Shown: piece by piece, positions 41,720 through 54,232 of the stretch
How the letters are laid out: the number at the start of each line of letters is the position of its first letter
How positions within the stretch are numbered: the first letter of the stretch is position 1
Assembly: GCF_009914755.1 (NCBI RefSeq)
Contig: NC_060932.1
Reading direction: 5' to 3' (one strand)
DNA from: the human T2T-CHM13v2.0 reference genome, Homo sapiens
DNA: 64,000 nucleotides
Program-made: the position numbers and the translations under genes
Notes under the pieces: model-generated
Told to the model about the DNA's origin: nothing
Databases searched by the model: none
Seen by the model: the letters and a program-made list of their open reading frames with translations, nothing else

Positions 41720-41920
41720 GAAAACAAACGGAAACGGACCTTCTTTGCGCATTGGCTCTCGGCCTGCTCAATCAGCGGGCTGGACGCGGAGGCAACTTCC
41801 TTACTGTGTGCGGACTTCTGCGGAGTTCTGCGGCCTTCTGCGGAGTTCTGCGGCCTTCTGCGGAGTTCTGCGGCCTTCTGCGGACTTCTGCCTGGGGAAG
41901 TTGGGAAATATGTATTGTCG
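41720..41920. promoter_or_regulatory. Candidate small CpG-rich promoter, possibly bidirectional
   Basis: 16 CpGs in about 190 bp (41729-41920) in a CpG-poor background. ATTGG (CCAAT box) at 41751, TCAATCA at 41768, ETS-like ACTTCC at 41795 and CGGAA, TGCGCA. Not recognisable as a repeat. Confidence 0.55.
41811..41890. repeat. Minisatellite, 8 x 10 bp cgg(a/c)(c/g)ttctg
   Basis: Unit order A,(B,C)x3,A with A=cggacttctg, B=cggagttctg, C=cggccttctg. Confidence 0.95.
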
Positions 41921-44900
41921 AATGAGGCCCTGGGAGATTATCCTTGGAAGGAACAACCTCTGAACCTGTGTGTTGATTGAAAATCTCTTACAGCCAGAGT
42001 TTCACAAACTTGATGCGATTGCCCCCTCCCAACACAAAAATTATTGGGGAACAGAAAAAAAATCATTAAGTTTTGAAATCCAATCGTATGAGTGTGGTTT
42101 CTTCTCAAGATAATTTATCTCTGGAGCACTGAGTTAGGGAAGTATGGAAATAGGGGATAAACTGTAAGACACTCTGCTGCTTTTTAGGGTTTTGTGAACC
42201 ATTAAAATGTTAAAATAGTGTTATCTATTTACTCATAACTCATTCAACAGTGGTTTTTGAGCTCTTTCTACATGCAGAGCCATGGAATGGTTACGGGAAG
42301 GGATACAAAAATGGGAAAAAAAAAAAAAAGCATGATCCTTCAACTTAAGGAGCTGACACAATTTACCATCTTCTTAAACATTTATAAGAATAAATATTTG
42401 ATATAACTATTACTTTAAGAGTTCAGTCTTTCTTGAAATATATGTAGCCATTCAAATATCATTTCGTCTCTCTTTCTCTCCCTAAGTTAGTGTCCTATGT
42501 TAGTGTCCTATGATAGTTAATATCTGATGTTAGTCTGAGCACATGAAGAATGGAGTATGGCACACATAACCTTCAGTTAATGGGAAGGGCCCGGGTCCTG
42601 AGGCTCCATGCTGTGACCAGCTCTAGGACAACATCCTTCCTCCAGCTGGTGATGCTAGTTGTCTTGCCATTTGCCACTGAAGCCTGTAGCTGACAAAATA
42701 TCTGAATGGAGTCTTTCTCAGCGTGGTCAAGGCTGAGTAGTCTGCCCTGGGAAATGAGACTTGCATTGGCTTCTGCTGTGTTCAGACCCTGAAGGGGTCT
42801 GACTCCATGAAACTTCAGACTTGTCCTCTGCTCAGCAACCCCTGGTACGAGTCCTCTTGTCAAACTAGTGTGACAACCTCCCCAGCCACAATCTCAGTTG
42901 CTTTAAAACTCAGAGTGGTTGCAGAAAATTAACCTCTGAGGCATTCCTCCGTCTGACTGCCACGTGGTGCCTGGGTGCGTGGCCACATCCTGGCTTTGTG
43001 ACTGTGGGATTTTTCAGAGGTAGCCTCTTTCTAGAGGCCTTCATGTGGAACAGGCATAGCTTTTCTCTGCCTTCAGCGTTTCCCTCACCCTTTTGAAATG
43101 TTCTCTCTTCTCCTCCTCAGAGAGGATATCCGTCTCACACTCTTGTTTTTCTCTTCTCTTCTCCTTCCCACAAATTCCTAGACCTGAAAAGTGTTGATCA
43201 TTTCTTTTATTTCTCTCAAATCACATCTTCTCTTTATATTCAATTAACCCAGATGGAACATGTTCTCCACACCACAGTGTGTTCCTAGGCTTACTCGTTA
43301 TAATCTAAAAGGGGGATAAAACCTCCATGGAATCTGAAAATTCTCTGCTCTTAACAATAGCCTGTTTTGATCTTAGAGGTTGAGTATTACTTTGCTTTTC
43401 TCTTTATAATATCCAAATGTCCCCTGAGGCTAATGGATGCTTCGGGTAAGTGAATTTTGTATTCAGAAAAGCAAAAGGAAAAACATATAATAATATGTAA
43501 GGCATCATCTTGTTTATATTTATTATGCTGATCATTTGGGCTTGTCTTTCTGCCAGAGGTCCAAAGGACTCAGGACTAAATCCTCATTCAGCACTAAAGA
43601 AATAAGTGAAACCTAGTCTAATTTTCAGTGTAACCTTCGTGAAACAGTGAGACCATAAACTTTCAGGAGTTTCTAGCAATGATGAGAAATAGTGCCAGAA
43701 GTTTCTAGAAATGACAGAAGCTACTCTAGGTGCAGTCAGTAGAGCCCTTGATGTAAGTAATCAATTGTCTCAAGACAGCTATGGCAGATTGGCAATACCT
43801 CCCTTTGGTGCCTGTCAGTTCCTGGCCAGCCCCAGCAGGAATGGAGATGAGAATGCAGGAGAGTTGCTTCTTTAGGTTGCTTAGACAGAGAATCGATGAA
43901 AGAGGAGGAAAAATGGAAGAGGTCAAGAGTCCTAGTCCATGAAGCACATGGGAGATAGTCTGTAGGAGATTTCTGGAACTTTTCTGGAAGCATGTGAGAG
44001 AGTCTAAGTTTCTTAAGCATCAGTGGCAGCTTACAGAATGGTGAGGAAGACAACCTGGAACATTTCAAGATTTCTAAGCTTTTATTTCCCCTTTCCCTCT
44101 GTTAGGACCTGGGAAAATTCCCATTTTGGGTCAAAATGGAAATGGCTAGAACCATGTAATTACTACTGATTTAATTTCTTATTTTATATTGCTGATTTAG
44201 TCTCGTTATTTAGGAATTTAAGTATTGTTGTTTTTTCCATTTGTAAGCATCACAGCATTCATAGATCATTTGATTCTGAAACCCAGCTGGTTTCTGGGTA
44301 CTGATGACTGCTTTTTAGAGTTATTAACACAAGTGATGCTAAAATAGAACTTTTGTACCTCTCTCTGCCTAGAAACCCCCTTTTTCCTAGTTTGTACATG
44401 TTTAGCTTCTACTTATTCTATTTCACCAATTCTCAAATCCAACCCCCCATACTTAAATTAGGCCCCTAATATACTTTCTCATTTCATTCTGTATTTTTCT
44501 TACTTAGCACTTAACTTGATTTGTAATTATATATTTGTGGGTTTTTTTTTTTTTGAAACTACAGTTCATTTTTCAGAGAGCTAAAGAAGAGAGGGATAAA
44601 GAGATGATTGTCACAGATGGCAAGCGGGGGCCAGGAACCTGAGAACACACACAAAGGGAATGCTGAACACAAACACCTCTGGCCATGCACACAGCACCTG
44701 CTTCTTGGGTTTTACACTGGATGGCCCCAAGTCATCCTCAGCCTTCCTCCTCTGCCCCACCAAGAGCTCTTATTAATGATCCTTACTTCCCTACTCAACT
44801 TCCAATTTATTCTTCTTCACTTTCTATTGTGCCTTCTCTGGCATCCTCTGTCTGAGCCCCAGCCCTAGAAAATTAGATTGTAAAGACATTTCCCTCCATT

Positions 44901-45596
44901 TTCCAGCTGGATGGGAAGGGACAGATTTTGAAGGAGGTAGTGGAAGGAATAAGTCACTGAAGAGCTAAAGTATAGCAAACGTGCTGTGTACATTAAAAAA
45001 ATAATATGGTCATGAGGATCTAAAGTAGTAGAAAAATGAGAGTCAGTGGATGTAAAAACATGCCTTATGGTATGCAATGGCTTGGGAATTGAACCCTGGC
45101 CACTCTCACTCTAAGGTGCATGATACTCCTGTAACACCCAGCTGCCTGGTGCTCACAGCTCAGCATCATGATTGACCTAAATTCAAATCCATTCCTGACA
45201 TTGCAGTCATGAACTAGGCTCCTTAAGTTGGTTCTTTTATGACGAAGTTCCTATTTCAATGATTTTCAGCATTCCATCATTTTTTATTTGCCCCAACATA
45301 CCTTCACAACAAGATGCTTTTCTATCAGTAAGAGTGCATGTTATGGTAGAGTGGAGGCTGGATGGAGGTAGAGTTACATACTTTGCATATGGACTGCCTT
45401 TACTCTGATCAGTTTCTGATATGTGCTGCCAAGGGGGAGTTCTCCCTTCTCATTTTTGAGAATCCTTTTCAGATCAGAAGGAGGGTCACTTGTGCTGCAA
45501 TCCTTGCTTTGTGAGCCCCTCCAATGTCTCAGTTTCTTGAGACCAGGACCCACAGATGTGTCAGAGATTTATTCCTGAACATACCTCCCCTGGTAC

Positions 45597-46039
45597 TGTA
45601 GTAGGACGAATTGCAGACAAAACTCGTCAAACGGGTTAAAGAAGGAAGAAGCTTTATTCGGCCAGGAGCTTCGGCAGACTTGTTTCAAAAGCTAAGCTCC
45701 CCGAGTGAGCAATTCCTGTCCCTTTTAAGGGCTTACAACTCTAAGGGGGTCCGCATGAGAGGGTCGTGATCGATTGAGAAAGCAGGGGGTACGTGACTGA
45801 GAGCTGCATGCACTGGTAATTAGAACAGAACAGAACAGGACAGGGATTTTCACAATGCTTTTCCATACAATGTCTGGAATCTACAGACAACACAAGCAGT
45901 TAGGTCAGGGGTTGATTTTTAACTACCAGGCCCAGGGTGCACACTGGGCTATCTGCCTGTGGATTTCATTTCTGCCTTTTAGTTTTTACTTCTTTCTTTA
46001 GAGGCAGAAACTGGGCATGAGGGGTGGTCTCCTCCCTTA
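45597..46039 (-). mobile_element. LTR2-family (HERV-E/Harlequin) solo LTR
   Basis: Reverse complement begins taagggaggagaccacccctcat and ends ...gtcctactaca; 4-bp TSD gtac/gtat. Confidence 0.9.
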
Positions 46040-47310
46040 GTATATGCTACAGCTGCACCTCCCAGGTCCCGACTTCCCAGGTATCTTCCTTAACTTCTCT
46101 GTGTTGCTGGCTGCCCATTCTTTTCCAGCACCATTCCCATGTCCTGCCACACCTCTCCTCTTCTAACCCCAGCACTCTCCAGCACCACACTTTCTTCACT
46201 GACTGGAATGTCTGCCAGCTGTTTACCATGAGTCTTTGGCACATCTGTGTAGAACTCCTACTCTTTATTCATACTCAAATAAGTCCCCAGAGGACATCCT
46301 TGTGGTCTGTCTGGTGTCTGGGTCTCCATCATTCTAACTTGACTGCCATGTCTGGGTCTTCCCACCACATAGATCCACACAATTATCTTTTGTTCTTTAT
46401 TGTTAACTTGAACTACTTTTAATAGCTTTGTCATGGATGAATGAACTTTTAAAAAGGGAAATGTGTCTTCCTTATATACATTTTTATACGAATTCTTGTT
46501 TTATAGTCCCTGAATGAGTTGATTTTTTCAGGAAAACACAATAGAGCACAGATGTGTGGGCCAAGGGTGCTTGCTACATAATATTCTGTAAAGGAGGCTT
46601 TCAGGCCTATGAATATTCATAACCAAAGATGGACATGTTTCCCATTTAGAGGGCTTAATATATATATATATTTGGTCAGATTTGTCAAAAGTTGGATTTA
46701 TAAATTAAATCTGTGAACTATTTACTTAAAAATATCACTAGCAAAATGCATGAATGTATAATAAAGCCATGAAACCACTTAACTAAAAACATTGAACCTT
46801 TTAAACGTAAACTTTCTTCACTAGGTTGGGGCCTGCTGGCTCATATTCTTGCCCAGAGGAATTTCTATTGTTTTTTTCCTCTGAGCCATTGAGAATAACA
46901 ATGGCAAGAATGTGTTGACATGGCATGGTGTGTTGTGGTGCTACTGGGTGGGACCTTTGTCACATATCCATTTTGTAAAATTCACTGAAGGAAAAAATGC
47001 TGCAACATGAATTTCTATTCCTTCTGGTAACTGTGGCCATAGCAATTGCCTGAGACAAAATGGGCAATTGACTTCCTTTTCCCCAAAGTGGACATAAGCT
47101 AACAACATACTCTGGGGATGTAAACATTAGCTACTGTGTTTTATATTTTTTGATCTTCCAAGGTTTTTGCTTATGATGGGAAGACTCACACAGGGGCAGA
47201 TAATAGTGGGCAAAACATTTTCAATTAGTAACAAAGTACATTCAGATTTTCACATGAAGAGGTTTTGAATACCTGAAACTTTGGAGTATCATTTCCCGGC
47301 TAATACTGGC

Positions 47311-47390
47311 ATCTATCCATCTATCTATCTATCTATCTATAGATATATGCCCATATAGATATATGCAGATATAGATATAGAAATAGATAT
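47311..47390. repeat. (TATC)n followed by (ATAG/ATAT)-rich simple repeat
   Basis: Direct reading. Confidence 0.85.
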
Positions 47391-48306
47391 ATTCAAATTC
47401 CAGTAAAATGATAGGGTCATACAAATATATTCAGTTGACTGTGCTGTTTCAGAGAAGTTCAGGATAAGGTCACATATGAAAAGTGAGCCTGAGCTGCATT
47501 CTGGAGAAAACGCCAGTTTGGAATTTCCATTTTTAAGACACCCCTCCCCGCCAGCCAATAAAATATAGGTTATATGATTCCAGAGCTTTCAGTTAGAAAG
47601 GTTTCCTTTCAGGGCAGAAGGAAAAAACTGCAAGTTATTATAGACCACGGTATATATTTAGGGAGAATGGGTAGTAACACATAATTTCGACTTATTTCTG
47701 GACTCAATTAATGTGATTCCATATTATTTCAGACCATAGAGCAAAATTATCTGATAGAAGCTGATTCCTTTCCCAAATGAACTGGACTGTCATTTACTTT
47801 GATCAGTATTTTCTATTGGAACTACTACCAGCCAGATATTTTAAGAAAATAAAATCACATTTGTCTAATCCTATTGCAAATTAATAATACAAATAACAAC
47901 TTAATAACACAAACTTGCAGGATATGTGCCTGTGCTTTCATTTTCCTGTTAGTTGGGTTTTGGTTGATAAGGGGGGATTGCCCATTAGCAGTTATCTGTC
48001 TGCACAGCCATCCTGGAATGTTCTAATGACTATCTACTTTTGTGATGTCACTGGTTAGATCAGTTAGAGTTGACGTATGGATTTGCATATCATGCTTTCA
48101 ACTCCCAGCCACCTTGAAATTGAAATTAATTTTTTTCTGGTTACCTGAGAATTTATGCAACCCATAATTACCTGTAGCCCAGAGGCTAGAAAATGTGGAA
48201 AGTTTAACTAAATATGGCTACCCTCTTAAAGGAAAACAACAGACATTTACAGGAGGCATTTAAATAGGTTGAAATGTTGTCTGAGAAAAACTTGAGAATT
48301 AAGATT

Positions 48307-49497
48307 TTTTAAAAACAACAAAAAAACTATATTTACTTAGAAGCATTCAGAATGTCAAAAAAACAGCTACAATTTCTTCTGCAATTACAGAGTAGTATTT
48401 ACTACTACTCTGTTAACAGATTAGTTAACAGAACAATTTCATGTAATTATTTCAGTGCATCTGAGACAAATGGGGATGAGAAAACCCCCATCCCTGTATA
48501 CGATTAATCAGTGCTGTGTACCAAGAACCTACTTTAAATTTCCATGACAATGTACAGCTCCCATACTGTACCAGGCAAGGTTAGTGTCTACTGAAACCAC
48601 CACCAGGACAGAGCTATCTAAAGATACATTTGGTGATGTGCTAATTACACAAAATAAAGACACTGTGCAGTTTGAAAATAAACCTTAGACAGCACCACAT
48701 TTTAATCTTTTTTCTTTAAAAGGAGTGAGTTGTATACAGGAGGATTAAATGATTTATAGACAAGAAAAACAACTGTTAGAACCAACTCATTCATTATGAT
48801 CTTCATCATCTTCATCTTCCTTCTTCTCATCCTTTTCATCTTCCTCCTCTTCTTACTTTATCTTGCTTTTTTGCAGCCTTGATGACTACCTTTTATGCTG
48901 CATCAGGCTTTCCTTTAGCTCCATGTACAGCAATATATTTTTCATATTTTTCCTTCAGCTTTGCAGCCTTCTTTTCATAAGAGTGCATGTCATCTGCAGC
49001 AGTGTCATTCCACAACTCTTGTTTCTTCACATCTCCAATGGATAGGCCGGGATGTACTCCTTTGACTTTCGAGCAATACTCAGAACAGAACAAGAAAAAA
49101 GCTGAAGGAGGCCTCTTCAGTACATTGGAATCCTTGAACTTCTTTTTTATCTTCCCTTTAAGAGGGCTATAGGTTTCAATTTCTTTCTTAACGGGTCTTG
49201 TTCACCTTTGACATGTCTGCAAATTTTCTTTTTTCTTTAGCAGACATAGTCTTCCTCCTATCTAAGCACTTCTTCGAAAACTCTGAGAAGTTGACTGAAA
49301 CATCTGGATGCTTCTTCTTGAGCTCCTCCTGACAAGTTTGCGCAAAGAATGCATATAATGACATTTTGCCTATCGGCTTCTTAGGACCTCCTTTGCCCAG
49401 GCTTAGTTATCTTTCCTCAGCGAGGCACAGAATTGCTCAGTGCCCATTCAAGTCTCAAGTGCCCCAGTGCTGTCTCTACAGAGCTCAGTGTACTGTC
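48307..49497 (-). pseudogene. HMGB1: HMGB1 processed pseudogene (CDS remnant 49400-48787)
   Basis: Intronless 5'UTR+CDS+3'UTR. Translations include [53 protein letters not shown] and [14 protein letters not shown], plus an acidic tail. ATG changed to CTG, with internal stops and deletions. TSD aattaagatt at 48297-48306 and 49498-49507. Confidence 0.96.
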
Positions 49498-52400
49498 AAT
49501 TAAGATTCATAATTGATGGTGAACTACACATTTTAGAGGGCACATGCTGGTGCCCTCCTACTAAGAGGAATAGTCAAGATAGTCAGCATGCAGGAAGAAT
49601 TTATCTTAGTCAAGATGAATGGATGTGTTCTCTTTCAATCAGATGAATGAAAAAAAAAAAAGAGTTAGAATTGAGAAATGTGCTTTTCTTTACATTATCT
49701 GGTTAGTTTCCCCCAGATAACACCATTGAGCGGGTTAAAAGATGTGCCTCCAAGATGAAGAAAAATTGAAGTCTACAATACAGACTATCATGGCTCTCAA
49801 AGTGTTTGAGGTAAAAAAAATAAAATAAATAAATGAATAACAGTAATGCGGTAATGGAGAGAGCTGATCTGCCCAACCCACTGGAAATGACCCTGAGCAT
49901 AGCTCCTTGGTAGGGAGTTTCCCAGACAGAGTGAACTGATGAGACGTGATGCTCATGAGAGGATTAGACCAGCCCCATGCATCTCAGTGGAGACATTGCT
50001 ACTACAGCTATTATGGGGTAGCCGCTCCCCAGGAAGTACTTCATGGCCCAAAAATAACTGATAGCTTTCAGAATTGTGACCTCTAGACCTCTAAGATAAG
50101 TCATTATGGGCCTCTTTTCTGCCATCTAAAAAAAATCAAATAGATGCTCTCCTTAATAAATGTGATTGCATACAAATTACTTAGTCAAAAATGTGTTCAA
50201 AGAAAAGAGTGTAAAACAAGTAAAAGCACTTAGCAAATATTTGTCACTTTTATCTTTATTATGTCATATAAATATCTACTAAAAATAAGAAAAGCCTTAA
50301 TAGTTTCAATAGACATGCATAAAATGTATAAATAACTAATCAATATTGAGAAAATGGAAACATTTTCAATATCAGTAATAACGTAATATAAATGAAAATG
50401 TCAATTCCTGTTAAAAAATAAAAGGGGTATTCTCACCCTATTAATTGTAGCACAGAAAAATTATTAATGGAAATTATTTTCTAGTAATCAATTTGTCAGT
50501 TCAGTGTGATGGAAGCTCCATTCTAAGTCAGTACAGCCAAGAACCCAAGATTCCTGCCCTCTGCTCCAAGCTCCCAGTTAAGAGCTATGGTATCTCCCCA
50601 AGTGGGGCAGGAAACCAGCATTTCTCAATTTCTCAAAACCCGGCATTTCCCAAGTGGGGCAGGAAACCAGCCCCTTCAATTTTGTGCTACAGAGGCTATA
50701 TTCTAGGTGAGTGAGGCCAAGAGGTTGGAAAAGGGCTTTCTCCACCCAAGCCCCTCTCAGGGTGAAGGCTGTACTCCAGGGGTAGCAGGCCAAGAATGCT
50801 GGGGCCCCAGTCTACCTCACCGGAGATCACTTGCAGGGAAAAAGTTCAGTCCTTGGAGAGGTAAGTTAAGAAGACTAGATGCCACTGTCCCTGCTGGGTG
50901 GCCTGCTCTTAAAGCAGGGCTATAACTCCATCCTGTTGAAAAAGTTCAGAGATTTTGCCCAGCAGGGAGAAGCAGGCCATAATAATACAAGGCCCTAACG
51001 CTCTCCTCAGGGAACTGACTTTATTTAGAACAGATGATGGGGGAGTTCAAGCCTAATAACACTTTTGGAAACCATGAGGTTTTGGTGGTAAGAAATAAAG
51101 AGGAGGCTGGTAGTTCCATGAGAACAACAAACTAAATATTATACAAGTCCAGCTAATTTATTAGAATCAGGAACAGGAACAGCTAAAAAGAGTACTATTC
51201 AGGTTCAGAACTAACCTCCAAGTCTGGCCTCAAAAAGTATCCCTTCAAAGACGCTCAAATTTAATTGGATTAGACTGAAGCAATTTATGTCCCAGGGAAA
51301 TGTTGAAAACAATAGAGTAATCAGATAGCAATAAATAGAAGCTAACAACTGGGTGTGATACCTAAAGAGGCAGATAGTTAAGAGAGATCAGGGAAAAAGA
51401 CAAAAAGAGACCTTGCTGAAATTACTATCATAGCAGGGCACCTGTGCACATGTCCAAGGCTGTGCCCTGTGAGGCGCAGCATCAGAGGCTTCATACTGCT
51501 AGAGATACAGACATCACTAAAATAGTCCAGCCATGTTACTAAACAAATAAACAATAATCTGGTATACGGAGTGGGGAGGGTCAGTATTTAGAGCTGTTAC
51601 ACTATTTTATCTAAAATATCAGTTTTTGACAAAAATTATGAGACATGCAAAGAAACAGAAAAATATGACTTATATGCATGTGGGTGAAGACGGGAGTGGG
51701 GTGAAACATTCAGAAATTACCATAAGAAGGCCCATATGTCAGACTTAACAAAGACTTCAAAGCAGCTATTACAAACGTGTTCAAAGAACTAAAGCAAACC
51801 ATGATTAAAGAAAAAAAATATGATGATAATGTCTCAACTAATAGATACTATCAGTAAAGAGAAACATTATAAAAAGAACCAATGGAAATTTTGGAGTTGA
51901 AAAGTAAAACTGAAATGAAAAATTCACTCAAGGGGCTCAACAGTACATTTAAACTGGCAGAAGAATCAATAAGCTTAAAGAACAATTGGTAGAGAGAGAT
52001 GATGTAATCAGAAGAACAGAGAAAAATTAATAAAGTGAAAAAATAATAAAGAAAAATGAGAAATGTGGGACAGCACTAAGCATGCCATGTTTGTTGGTAG
52101 AGTCAGAGTGGAAAGAGGAAAGTGTAGAGAAAATAATCAAAAAAAGAATACTCAAATTTGCTGAAAATCATTAATTTATACCTCATGTAACTCAAGGAAT
52201 TCCCCATAAGATAAATGGAAAAGATCCATACACAGACACATCACAGAGAAAATGATGAAAGCCAAACATAAATAGAACATCTTGAAAGCTGTAAGAGAAA
52301 AACAACTCCTCACATACAAGAGAATAATATTAACAACTGACTTCTGATTAGAAACAATGAAGGCTAGAGGCAGTAGGATAACATATTAAAATTGCTAAAA

Positions 52401-53387
52401 GAAAAATAAATGATCACTAAGGATCTGATATCCAGCAGAACTATCTTTGAAAAGTGAAAGCAAAATAAAGACATTCCAAGACAGACAAAACCTAAAAACA
52501 TTTTGCTAGAGGCCTCCATTGCAAGAAATACTAAAGGAAGTCCTTTCAAGCTAAAAGCAAGTGACACCAGACAGTAATTCAACGCGTGTAAAAATTGAAG
52601 AGCTTCAGTGAAAACAATTATATAGGTAGTTATAAAAGATTGTAAAAACTACATATTTCTCCTTCTTCTTTTAACGGATCTAAAGTCACAGTGTTATTGG
52701 CCTATATATGGAAATATAACCTATTTGACAATAATAGCACAAAGAATTTGGAAGGGGGGCCCACTTTTATTAAAGAAATACCACCACATGGTAACTTGAA
52801 TCCACAGAAAGAAATGAAGAGATCACGAAAGAGTAAATAAGAAAATTAAAATTAATATAACAAACTACATAAATATAAACTAGATCTTTTTCCTTCTGTC
52901 AGCCTCTTTAGAACACATAATACAAAATAATAAATACAAAAATGTATTATTGGCTTTCTAACATATGTATATATCATACGTATGGCAACAATAGCATAAA
53001 AAAATGAAGGAGGAGAAAAGAGCTATATAGGAGTCACAACTCTATATCTAATTTGAGTAGTGTTATTCATAGTATATATCTGAAGGAGATTTCTATAAGA
53101 TATATATGGTAAACACTAAAGCAACCACTGAGAAATAACTTTAAAAAATAGTGAAAATATTATTAAAGGAATTAAATATGAGTAAGTCTTTGTGACTTGG
53201 GTTAAGTAAAGCCTTTTTAGATATGACGTTCAAAACACAAGCAAAGAAAGAAATATAGATAAATAGTTCATCAAAATTAAAATATTTTGCTTTTTAAAGG
53301 GTACCACCAAGTATGTGAAAGGACAACCCACATAATGCAAGAAAATACTGCATTGATAAGTGACTTGTATTTCTAATGTATAATAAG

Positions 53388-53688
53388 TTTTTTTTTTTTT
53401 TTTTAAAAAGAAGGATTTGCTTTGTCACCCAGGCTGAGGTGCAATGGCATGATCATAACTCACTGTAACTTCAAACTCCTGAGGTGAAGCAATCCTCCTG
53501 CCTCAGCATCTCAAGTAGCTGGGACTACAGATGTACACTGTCAAACCTGGTTAATTTTAAAAATTTTTAGTAGACATGAGGTCTTTCCATGTTGCCTAGG
53601 CTGTTCTCAAACTCCTAGGCTCAAGCAATCCTCCCGCTTTGGCCTCCCAACATGCTAGGATTACAGGCCTGAGCCACCATTCCCAGCC
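53388..53688 (-). mobile_element. AluJ nested in L1M
   Basis: Poly-T then gatcataactcactg, gcaatcctcctgcctcag, ggctcaagcaatcctccc. Confidence 0.9.
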
Positions 53689-54179
53689 TGAAATCTTACA
53701 ATAAAAGACATAACCCAATCAAAACATGGATTAAGGAACTGAAGAGACAATTCTCCAAAGGTGATTAAAAAAACAGATAAAAGATGCTCAGCATCATTAT
53801 CCATCAGGGAAACATAGGATACATTCAAAACCACAATGAAATACCTCTGCATGCCCACTAGGATGGATTTAATTTTTAACAGGTAATACTAAATGATGAC
53901 AAGTATGTGGAAAAATTAGAACACTCATCCGTTGTTGGTGAGAATGCAAAATGATTTAAAAAAAACCAGCCTGGCAGTTTCTTAAAAGGTTAAACATAGA
54001 GTTACCATATTGCTCATCAACTCCACTCCTAGGAATACACCTAAGAGAAATGAAAACATATGTCCTTACAAAAACTTATACATAAATATCCATAGCAGCA
54101 TTATTCATGATAGCCCCAAAGTGGAAACAACCCAAATGTCTATCAACTGAGGAATGGATAAACAAAATGTGGTCTGTGC

Positions 54180-54232
54180 ATATATAAATACACACACACA
54201 TACATACACACACATACACATATACATATATG
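54180..54232. repeat. (TA)/(CA) compound microsatellite inside the L1 3' region
   Basis: Direct reading. Confidence 0.8.

Noticed and set aside
41811-41890. Repeat array as CRISPR-like
   Set aside because: Contiguous 10-bp units with no spacers and no cas genes, in a mammalian context
41625-41963. 112-aa plus-strand ORF across the CpG patch
   Set aside because: Non-ATG start, and its openness is partly due to the stop-free 10-bp repeat; no recognisable domain
42486-42511. 13-bp tandem duplication gttagtgtcctat
   Set aside because: Ordinary slippage duplication with no sign of function
42573-42863. 96-aa minus-strand ORF in GC-richer unique sequence
   Set aside because: Non-ATG start, no recognisable homology and no supporting splice or Kozak context
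48787-49400. CTG-initiated HMGB1-like protein from the retrocopy
   Set aside because: In-frame stops and deletions rule out a full two-box protein
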